DNA of 64,000 nt, taken from assembly GCA_005878615.1 (NCBI GenBank), contig VBLT01000105.1:3414-67413 (forward strand), read 5' to 3'. How positions within the stretch are numbered: position 1 is the stretch's first letter; each line of letters starts with the position of its first letter. Source of the DNA: Methanobacteriota archaeon. GTDB lineage: Archaea > Thermoplasmatota > Thermoplasmata > RBG-16-68-12. Below the pieces are notes generated by a model that saw only the letters and a program-made list of their open reading frames with translations, did no database searches and was not told the DNA's origin. Positions 56,903-64,000 of the stretch are shown piece after piece. Made by a program: the position numbers and the translations under genes.

Positions 56903-58312
56903 TCACTTGAGCTTCCAACGGACGCCATCGCGGGCGTCCTCCAGCACGATGCCCAGGGCCGCGAGCGCGTCCCGGATTCGGTCGGCCGTGCCGAAGTCTT
57001 TTCGCTTCCTCGCGTCCTCGCGCAATCCCACGATGAGGTCCAGGACCCCGTCGAGTCGGTGGGTTTCCGAAGGCTTCGTTTGGAACAGGCCGAGGACGTC
57101 CCCGAACGTCCGAAAGGCCTCCGCGGCACCGTCGAGCGGCCCTCGACCGACGCCGCTCTCGATCGCCTTGTTCACGTCCCGCGAGTATTCGAACAGGACA
57201 GCGATCGCCTCGCGTGTGTTGAAGTCGTCCGACATCGCGGCGTCGAATCCCGCGAGGGATTTCTTCGTCGCATCTCGGAGTTCGGGGTCCGCTTTCCCTT
57301 TCTGCGGCGCACGGCGGCGCTCGGCCTCCACCGAGCGAACCGTTTCCCGGAGGCGCTCGTAGGATCGCTTGGCCTCCTCGAGCAGTTCAGGCGTGAAGTC
57401 GATCGGCCCGCGGTACTGCACGTTAATCAGGAAGAACCGGAGGACCTCGGGCTCGTAGCGCTCGAGGGCCGCTAGGACCGGCCAGAAGTTCCCGAGCGAC
57501 TTGTGCATCTCGGCGCCGCTCACCATGACCATGCCGCCGTGCATCCAGTACCGGACGAACGGTGTGACGCCCGTGAAGGATTCCGCCTGCGCGATCTCCG
57601 CCTCGTGATGGGGGAAGGCGAGTTCGGTCCCGCCGCCATGTAAGTCGTACTGCGCCCCGAAGTGTCGGATCGTGATCGCCGTGTCCTCGATGTGCCACCC
57701 GGGCCGGCCCGGTCCCCAGGGACTGTCCCAGGCGGGCTCCCCCGGCTTCTGGGCCCTCCAGAGGACGAAGTCCGCCGGATGTCGCTTGCGCTCCTCGATT
57801 TCGATGCGGGCACCCGGGCGGAGCTCCTCGACTTTCTGACCGCTGAGCTTGCCCCATCCGGAGAAGGTCGTCGTGTCGAAATAGACGCTCTGGTCCTCCG
57901 CGATGTAGGCGTGTCCCTTCTTGATGAGTCCCTGAATCTGCTCCACGATCTCGTCCATATAGTCCGTTGCGAAGGCGTACAGGTCGACGGACGTGCAGTG
58001 CAGCCGCTCCATCACGTCCCGGAATTCCGCGAAATACTGCGCGACGATCTCGTCCCACGGCCTCCCGGTCGACTTCATCTTCGCGATGATGCGGTCCTCG
58101 ATGTCCGTCACGTTTTGCAGATAGAAGACGTGGAAGCCCTTGGAGCGGAGGTACCGGGCGATGACGTCGAACGCGACGTAGGTCTTCGCGTGACCGAGAT
58201 GAGTCTGGTCCTGCGGCGTGATGCCGCAGACGAACATCGACACGCGCTTCCCATGGAGGGGGACGAACGCCTCCTTCTTCCGCGAGAGGGTGTTGTACAC
58301 TCGAAGAGGCAT
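56903..58312 (-). CDS. cysS: cysteinyl-tRNA synthetase
   Basis: HIGH (HLGHA); KMSKS (MHKSLGN); Zn-binding Cys residues; class I anticodon-binding C-domain. Confidence 0.9.
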   Translation of the reverse strand: MPLRVYNTLSRKKEAFVPLHGKRVSMFVCGITPQDQTHLGHAKTYVAFDVIARYLRSKGFHVFYLQNVTDIEDRIIAKMKSTGRPWDEIVAQYFAEFRDVMERLHCTSVDLYAFATDYMDEIVEQIQGLIKKGHAYIAEDQSVYFDTTTFSGWGKLSGQKVEELRPGARIEIEERKRHPADFVLWRAQKPGEPAWDSPWGPGRPGWHIEDTAITIRHFGAQYDLHGGGTELAFPHHEAEIAQAESFTGVTPFVRYWMHGGMVMVSGAEMHKSLGNFWPVLAALERYEPEVLRFFLINVQYRGPIDFTPELLEEAKRSYERLRETVRSVEAERRRAPQKGKADPELRDATKKSLAGFDAAMSDDFNTREAIAVLFEYSRDVNKAIESGVGRGPLDGAAEAFRTFGDVLGLFQTKPSETHRLDGVLDLIVGLREDARKRKDFGTADRIRDALAALGIVLEDARDGVRWKLK

Positions 58313-58427
58313 TCTCTCTCCGGATGAGAGGCGCGTGTATTAAGGTTCTTTCCGAGTGGCCCGCGGCCCGACGATGGGCGGCAGAGATCCTTTGTCAACG
58401 CGCTTCGCGGACGCCTGACAACAGCTT

Positions 58428-59186
58428 ATGGAGAGTGGGACCGGATGCGGTCGGGTCATGGCGGGCCTCTTTCTCCTTCCGCGCGCGGCCCGTCGTCGTC
58501 CGTTCTGGCCCCGCGAGTTGCGTCGCGGAGCCTTGCTGCTCGGCGTGAGCGCCGCGCTCTTCTGGTCCTCCTTCGCAATCGGCCGATGGATCGTCTTCTT
58601 CCCCGAGTCCGGGCCGATCTACGTCGACCTCCTCCTCGGCTGGATTGCCGTGATCCTCCATGTCTCAGCGTGGCCGAATCTCTGGGTCGGATTGCGCGAC
58701 CTGCGCGGACGTCAGCCCCGCGACGACCACCCGATCATCGCCTGGCGCTCCTTCCTCATGACGCTCGTCATGATCGTCGCCGCGGTGGTGGTCCTCCCCC
58801 TCGAGTACCACTCCCTGTCGGCGACGGATGCGTGGATCTTCGTCGCGTACGTGAGCGCTTTTCCGTATCTTGGCTGGACATTCGTCCCGATCCTCGCCCT
58901 TCACGGCGTCCTGTTCGGTCGGGTCGCTTGGTACCTCGAGTCTCGATCGCGGAGGATCGCGGACGCGGGGGCCATGCTCCTGTTCGCAGTCGCGGCGGCG
59001 ACGACCGCGGTGATCTTGCAGAACCCTGGGGAGACCGCGTTCGTCCGTTCGTGGAGCGTCGGGCAGGGACTGCTTCCCGCGGCGGCCCTTGGCGGGTATG
59101 TGCTCATCGCCCTCGGGATTACGGCTTCGTCTACGGCATCCTTCTCGCGGGTCCCATCGTGGACTCCGCGCCGGACCCGGTGGTAG
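58428..59186 (+). CDS. hypothetical polytopic membrane protein
   Basis: 252 aa with ~6 hydrophobic helices. No family recognised. Start uncertain (58428 or 58458). Confidence 0.4.
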   Translation: MESGTGCGRVMAGLFLLPRAARRRPFWPRELRRGALLLGVSAALFWSSFAIGRWIVFFPESGPIYVDLLLGWIAVILHVSAWPNLWVGLRDLRGRQPRDDHPIIAWRSFLMTLVMIVAAVVVLPLEYHSLSATDAWIFVAYVSAFPYLGWTFVPILALHGVLFGRVAWYLESRSRRIADAGAMLLFAVAAATTAVILQNPGETAFVRSWSVGQGLLPAAALGGYVLIALGITASSTASFSRVPSWTPRRTRW

Positions 59187-59189
59187 GCC

Positions 59190-60314
59190 TCAAGCCAGGG
59201 CCCGTCCCAGGTCGTCCTGTAGATCCTGCGGGTCCTCCAGTCCGACCGAGAAACGGACCAAGCCGTCGGTGATCCCTTGCGCCTGGCGTTGCTCCTTCGG
59301 GACGCTTGCGTGCGTCATCGTCGCCGGGTGCTCGATGAGCGACTCGACGCCCCCCAGGCTCTCCGCGAGGATGATGACCTCGAGTTTCCGCAGGCGGTCC
59401 GCGACCTTGGCCGAATCTCGGAGTTCAAAACTGAGCATGCCACCGAATCCGCGCATCTGTTTCTTCGCGGTCCGATGGCCCGGATCGTCGGGCAGACCTG
59501 GATAGTGGACCGCGGAGACGGCCTTGTGGCCCGCGAGGAATCGCGCCATCGCCTGGGCGTTGGCGGAGTGCCGTTCCATGCGGATCGCCAAGGTCTTGAT
59601 GCCGCGGAGGGTGAGCCAACAGTCAAACGGGCTCGGCACCGCGCCGAGGGCGTTTTGTGCGAACTTCAGTTTCTCGTAAAGGTCGCCGCGGTTCATGATG
59701 AGCGCCCCGCCCAAGAGGTCCGCGTGGCCCCCGAGGTACTTCGTCGTGCTGTGGACGACCAGGTCGACGCCGAGGCCCAAAGGGTTCTGCAACGCCGGCG
59801 ACGCGAAGGTGTTGTCGCACACGCTGACCGCGTCGTGGGCCTTCGAGATCACGGCGAGCTCCCGCAAGTCGGCGACCTTCATGAGGGGGTTCGTGGGCGA
59901 CTCCATCCACAGCATCTTCGTCTCCGGGCGAAAGGCATCCTCGACGTCGACGAGGTCCCGCAGGTCCACGAAGGTGGACTCGACGCCGTACCCGCTCATG
60001 ATCCGCGTGAAGATCCTGTGGACGCCGCCGTAGCAGTCATCCGTCACTACGGCGTGATCGCCTTTCTTGAGGAGGGTGAGGGCCGTCGTGATCGCGCCCA
60101 TGCCGCTCGAGAAGCAAAGGGCCTGCTGGGCTTCCTCGAGGGCCGCGAGGCTCTGCTGGAGCGCATCGCGGGTCGGGTTGTCGCCCCTCCCGTAGACGTA
60201 GTCGTGCTGGACCTTCTGGGAGTACGTCGAGGTCATGTAGATCGGCGGCGTGACCGCGCCGGTCCGAGGGTCCGGTTCCTGTCCAGTGTGGATGGCCTTC
60301 GTCGCAAAGTGCAT
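59190..60314 (-). CDS. cystathionine gamma-lyase/gamma-synthase family PLP enzyme
   Basis: 374 aa from ATG 60314. The upstream part of listed ORF 59190..60788 is composition junk overlapping CBS. PLP-Lys region STTKYLGGH. Confidence 0.85.
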   Translation of the reverse strand: MHFATKAIHTGQEPDPRTGAVTPPIYMTSTYSQKVQHDYVYGRGDNPTRDALQQSLAALEEAQQALCFSSGMGAITTALTLLKKGDHAVVTDDCYGGVHRIFTRIMSGYGVESTFVDLRDLVDVEDAFRPETKMLWMESPTNPLMKVADLRELAVISKAHDAVSVCDNTFASPALQNPLGLGVDLVVHSTTKYLGGHADLLGGALIMNRGDLYEKLKFAQNALGAVPSPFDCWLTLRGIKTLAIRMERHSANAQAMARFLAGHKAVSAVHYPGLPDDPGHRTAKKQMRGFGGMLSFELRDSAKVADRLRKLEVIILAESLGGVESLIEHPATMTHASVPKEQRQAQGITDGLVRFSVGLEDPQDLQDDLGRALA

Positions 60315-60361
60315 CGCGATCGCCGGAGGCGGAGTCGCCCGCCTGGCGTAAAAGCCTTGCC

Positions 60362-61738
60362 TCAGGCCCGGCCCGCGAGGTACTCGATCACGTCGATGCG
60401 GGTGATGATCCCCTCGAGTCGGTTCTCCTTGCCGACGATGACGGCGGGATTGCCGCGCATCAAGAGTTTGTAGACCTGCTCGAGATCGGCGCCGGGTTCG
60501 ACGAGCGGGAACGGCTTCTCCATGACCTTCGCGACGTAGTCGTCGTACATCTTCGGATGCTCGAGCAAGGCTTTCATCAGAATCTCTTCGCGCAAGCTCC
60601 CGACGAGGATCCCCGTGTCCAGGACCGGGAGCTGGGACACGTTGTATTGGCGCATCATGTCGACCGCTTCCCGCACTCGGGCCGCGACGTCGATCGTGAC
60701 GACCCCGGGAATCGTCCGCTCCTTCGCCCTCAGGATTGTCATGAGAGGCGCGACGGGTTCCTCCAGGTACCCTTGCTCCTTCAGCCACTCCTCGTTGTGC
60801 GCCTTGGAGAGGTAGCGTTCCCCCGTGTCCGGAAGCAGGACGACCAGGACGTCCTTCGGGCCCAACGTCTCCGCAATCCGGCGCGCGGCCACCACGGCGG
60901 CCCCGCTCGAACTCCCGGCGAGGATTCCCTCCTCCCGGGCAAGGCGCCGAGTCATCAGATAGGCCTCCTTGTCCGCGACCTTGACGACGTCGTCAATGTA
61001 CTGGAACCAGGTCGATTCCGGGATGAAGTCCTCCCCGATCCCTTCGATCTTGTACGTGTGAGCTTTTATCATCTCCTTCTTATAGAAATAGTCCTTCAGG
61101 ATCGAGCCGAGGGGGTCCACGCCGATGATCCGAACCTTCGGGTTCTGCTCCTTCAGGTAGCTGCCGACCCCGCTGATCGTCCCGCCGGTCCCCATCCCGC
61201 AGACGAAATGGGTGATGGTGCCGTCCGTGTCTCGCCAGATCTCCGGGCCGGTCGTCTCGTAGTGGGCCCGCGGATTGGCCTGGTTGGCGTACTGGTTCGG
61301 CAGGATCGAGTTCGGCGTCTCACGGTGAATCCGTTCAGCGACTCGGTAGTAGGAGTCCGGATGGTCCGGCGGCACGGCGGTCGGCGTGACGACCACGCGC
61401 GCGCCGAAGGCCTTCAGCAGGTCGATTTTCTCGCGGCTCATCTTGTCGGGCATCGTGAACACGGCGCGATACCCCTTGATCGCGGCCACCATCGCGAGCC
61501 CGAGCCCCGTGTTCCCGCTCGTCGGCTCGATGATCGTCCCACCGGGCTTCAGCGTCCCCTTCGCCTCGGCATCCTCGATCATCTTCTCACCAATCCGGTC
61601 CTTGACGCTCCCGCCAGGGTTCATCATCTCGAGTTTGGCGAGGACGAGGCCCTTGACGCCGCCCATGACCTTCGGCAGCTGGACGAGCGGCGTATTCCCG
61701 ATCGTCTCGAGGATGTTCGAGTAGTAGCGCATGGCCAC
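60362..61738 (-). CDS. cystathionine beta-synthase with C-terminal CBS-domain pair
   Basis: PLP fold (SVKDRIG; TSGNTG; GTGGT) plus two CBS domains in the last ~120 aa. Confidence 0.85.
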   Translation of the reverse strand: MAMRYYSNILETIGNTPLVQLPKVMGGVKGLVLAKLEMMNPGGSVKDRIGEKMIEDAEAKGTLKPGGTIIEPTSGNTGLGLAMVAAIKGYRAVFTMPDKMSREKIDLLKAFGARVVVTPTAVPPDHPDSYYRVAERIHRETPNSILPNQYANQANPRAHYETTGPEIWRDTDGTITHFVCGMGTGGTISGVGSYLKEQNPKVRIIGVDPLGSILKDYFYKKEMIKAHTYKIEGIGEDFIPESTWFQYIDDVVKVADKEAYLMTRRLAREEGILAGSSSGAAVVAARRIAETLGPKDVLVVLLPDTGERYLSKAHNEEWLKEQGYLEEPVAPLMTILRAKERTIPGVVTIDVAARVREAVDMMRQYNVSQLPVLDTGILVGSLREEILMKALLEHPKMYDDYVAKVMEKPFPLVEPGADLEQVYKLLMRGNPAVIVGKENRLEGIITRIDVIEYLAGRA

Positions 61739-61763
61739 CGTGGAGCATGCAAGACGGTTAACG

Positions 61764-61769
61764 TTATAA
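61764..61769 (-). promoter_or_regulatory. TATA box (TTATAA) for leaderless CBS-CGL transcript
   Basis: Centred ~29 nt upstream of CBS ATG (61738, minus strand). Lies between tRNA-Cys and CBS. Confidence 0.35.
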
Positions 61770-61845
61770 GAAGGTGCGCGCCCGGTTCGTTCACGTTGGT
61801 CGGCGACGCCTCGCGTCCACGGGATCCGGGAGGCAAACCGGGACG

Positions 61846-61918
61846 TGCCGGGGGAGGGAGTCGAACCCCCAGGAAACCGATCTGCAGTCGGTCACATTAG
61901 CCGCTCTGTCACCCCGGC
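61846..61918 (-). tRNA. tRNA-Cys (anticodon GCA)
   Basis: Minus-strand fold: acceptor gccgggg/ccccggc; anticodon stem accga/tcggt; loop ctgcaga (GCA). T arm ggggg-ttcgact-ccctc; discriminator A. D stem has one mismatch. Confidence 0.8.
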
Positions 61919-62141
61919 GCAGCTCGCGCATCCGAGGAAACCGTATTGAAGCTTTGGAGCGGCGCTCCCCGTCTCGCGGCGATGCGTTCCGGAGACCATG
62001 CCAAGTCCGACGCGAGGCAACGCCTCGCCGCACGCGCAGGTTTCACTTCCTCCCCAACCGGTTTGAACGTTGTTTCAAAACGTATTAAGCAAGACCCGCC
62101 GTTGGCTCATTTTACCACTCGCTCAAGGGGGAGGCATATGA

Positions 62142-64000
62142 TTGGACACTGAACCGCAGGCGGAAGGCTCGCCCTCCGGTTCCGGCGCCTCGCCGGCGTC
62201 GCGGGCCCTTCGATCCCGTTGGGGAAAGGTCGCCGCGGTCGCGGTCGTCGCCATCGCAGTGGCCGCCGCGTCGGCCTACGTGCTTCGAGCATCGAATCAG
62301 GCACCGGCGATCACCCAAGCAACCGTGAGTTCGGAGTTTGCGACGACTGGTCAGAGCCTGACCTTCACCGGACAGGCTGCGGATCCCGATGGGGACCCGC
62401 TCCGGTACACCTGGAACTTCGGCGACAATTCAACCGCGGTCGGCGCGGTCGCGACCCATGCCTACTCGATCCCGGGGCGGTACGTCGGCCTCCTCACGGT
62501 GACGGACGGCCGGGGCGGCGAAGCGACGAACGACGGGAAGCTCCTCTTCGTCCAGGCCCAGCTTCCCCCGTCGGAGATCGCCTCGCCCTCCAGGCCGCCG
62601 AATGGTTCGTGCGCGGCGGACTGCATCCTCGGTCCAGGGGCCGCGATCCTGACGGCGAATCAAACGACCGTGGTCACCGGGACCCCCGTCCGGTTCAACG
62701 GGAACGCCTCCTGGGCCTACGGTTGGAATTGGAACAACGTTTCGAATCGATCCGAAGGAGGTTCCTCGGTCGTGATCCCCGCCGCGGACGACGGATCCCT
62801 CTTCACGACGTTCACCTATGGCTGGGGGGACGGTACGCCGGAGGGCGGGGGAAGTTCGGAGACGGTCGGGACCACAAGCCACGTCTTCACCTCTCCCGGG
62901 AATTTTTTCGTCCGCTTGACGCTGACGCTGCCCACCGTCTCCGGCGTGGGGACCTTGGCCGCCGGATACACCATCCGCGTGACGCCGACGGCTTCCGCAG
63001 CGGTCCTGAAACATCCGGGAGTCTTCACGACGGCGACATTCGGAGAACCGGATTCCCTCGATCCCGCGGCGGACATCGAGACCGCTGGCGTCGAGATCCT
63101 CCAGAATGTGTACGAGACGCTCGTTTGGTATGAACCGGGCGTCGAGAACGTCACCGTCCTCGTCCCGCGTCTCGCGATGGAGGTGCCGACCGCCGCGAAC
63201 GGGGGCATCTCCCCGGATGGGAAGAACTACACCTTCACGATTCGGCCGGACGTCAAATTCCACAGCGGCAACGTCCTCTCGTCGGACGACGTCGTCTACT
63301 CGCTCCGTCGGGTCCTCGCCATGCACGACCCGAATGGACCCTCGTGGATCCTGGAACAGACCCTCACGAACTACGTCTCGAAATACCTGGGCCCCTGCGG
63401 ACCCGCGGCGAACCGGACCTGTTCGCTCGCGGACTATGCGGACACCGCGTTCCCGTCCCGGGCGGCGATCCCGACGAACATTCGGGCCGTCCTGGAGAGC
63501 GCCGCCCAAGGGGCGAACTGGTCCGCGAGGCCGCTGAATCGATCCGTCGCGTGGGCCGTGAGCAATTCCACGGTGGAGAAGGTCGGGACGGACCAGGTCC
63601 GGATTCACCTCAGCCGACCGTATCCGGCGTTCCTCCAGTCGATCGCCTTCACCGTCGGCTCCATCGTCGAGAAGGCCTGTGCCGCGACCTGGGACGATTG
63701 GGGGGCCCGCAATCCGATGCTGGACCGCCGCCGCGATTGCGGCACCGGCCCGTATCGGCTCACCGGATGGGTGCCGAACCAAGCGATCGTCCTGAGCCGC
63801 TTCGACGGATACTGGGGAACGCCCGCGGCCCTCGACGGGGTGCGCATCGAGAAGGCGAACGATGTCACCGCCCGAGAGTTCCTCCTGCTCTCCGGAGACG
63901 CGGACACCGCGGTCATCAACCGCGATCATCAGTTCGACGTGGTGAATCCGGACGGCACGCCGCGGTACCCATGGCTCCGGATCCCGGGCTCCCGACCCTC
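62142..64000 (+). CDS. ABC transporter substrate-binding protein (SBP family 5, Opp/Dpp-like) with two N-terminal PKD-like domains; partial (runs off window end)
   Basis: Not in the ORF track because there is no stop in the window. TTG start at 62142 follows an in-frame TGA and a GGGGGAGG RBS-like element. Signal/anchor KVAAVAVVAIAVAAASAYVL. PKD motifs (DPDGDPLRYTWNFGDNST...HAYSIPGRYVGLLTVTDGRGG). SBP_5 core (ILQNVYETLVWYEP...KNYTFTIRPDVKFHSGNVLSSDDVVYSLRR). Many N-x-S/T sequons. Confidence 0.7.
   Translation, partial: MDTEPQAEGSPSGSGASPASRALRSRWGKVAAVAVVAIAVAAASAYVLRASNQAPAITQATVSSEFATTGQSLTFTGQAADPDGDPLRYTWNFGDNSTAVGAVATHAYSIPGRYVGLLTVTDGRGGEATNDGKLLFVQAQLPPSEIASPSRPPNGSCAADCILGPGAAILTANQTTVVTGTPVRFNGNASWAYGWNWNNVSNRSEGGSSVVIPAADDGSLFTTFTYGWGDGTPEGGGSSETVGTTSHVFTSPGNFFVRLTLTLPTVSGVGTLAAGYTIRVTPTASAAVLKHPGVFTTATFGEPDSLDPAADIETAGVEILQNVYETLVWYEPGVENVTVLVPRLAMEVPTAANGGISPDGKNYTFTIRPDVKFHSGNVLSSDDVVYSLRRVLAMHDPNGPSWILEQTLTNYVSKYLGPCGPAANRTCSLADYADTAFPSRAAIPTNIRAVLESAAQGANWSARPLNRSVAWAVSNSTVEKVGTDQVRIHLSRPYPAFLQSIAFTVGSIVEKACAATWDDWGARNPMLDRRRDCGTGPYRLTGWVPNQAIVLSRFDGYWGTPAALDGVRIEKANDVTAREFLLLSGDADTAVINRDHQFDVVNPDGTPRYPWLRIPGSRP

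Noticed and set aside
62219-63929. Listed ORFs 62219..63133 (+) and 62430..63929 (-)
   Set aside because: Both are Arg/Gly-rich artefacts. The genuine gene is in the third + frame (TTG start 62142, PKD-SBP protein) and is not in the track because it has no stop within the window.

Overview
This window reads as a high-GC (~65%) archaeal chromosome segment, not bacterial. It carries aIF-5A with the hypusine loop, aIF-1A, Nop5, Csl4, RtcB, RIO1, archaemetzincin, pantoate kinase, an eIF2B-like isomerase and tRNAs without encoded CCA. The lineage also encodes DNA gyrase and a heme-copper oxidase (CoxIII/IV), so it is likely an aerobic euryarchaeote, perhaps Thermoplasmatota-like; that placement is inference. 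Coding density is very high: roughly 65 genes, including 4 tRNAs (Val-UAC, Val-CAC, Cys-GCA), with many ATGA or 4-nt overlaps. The high GC produces many long spurious antisense ORFs, which I rejected on composition and overlap with well-supported genes. Housekeeping content: a translation/RNA-processing gene string, a CoA cluster (DUF357, pantoate kinase, CoaBC), gyrB-gyrA, PPDK, SHMT, FolC, Nth, a ThiF/ThiI-like sulfur-relay pair, and a cysteine-themed locus (CysRS, CGL, CBS, tRNA-Cys). The most unusual element is a translationally coupled operon (36.4-44.7 kb) of two GT-B glycosyltransferases, three APH/Kdo-kinase-like phosphotransferases (the third a predicted pseudokinase) and an MsbA-type ABC exporter. 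It lies behind a HerA-like ATPase and a sharply AT-rich promoter island. I read it as a candidate glycoconjugate (or small-molecule) glycosylation-phosphorylation-export system that is not, to my knowledge, described for archaea. Other notable items are a Rab-like small GTPase fused to a winged-helix-like C-terminal domain, a V4R+Roadblock pair at the window edge, a Csl4 exosome cap with an RGG-rich tail, a TPD (C15orf41-like) nuclease homolog behind a perfect palindromic operator, a PPDK whose conserved N-terminus lacks a canonical start codon, and a frameshifted coiled-coil gene. No CRISPR array, integrase, transposase or obvious mobile element was found.
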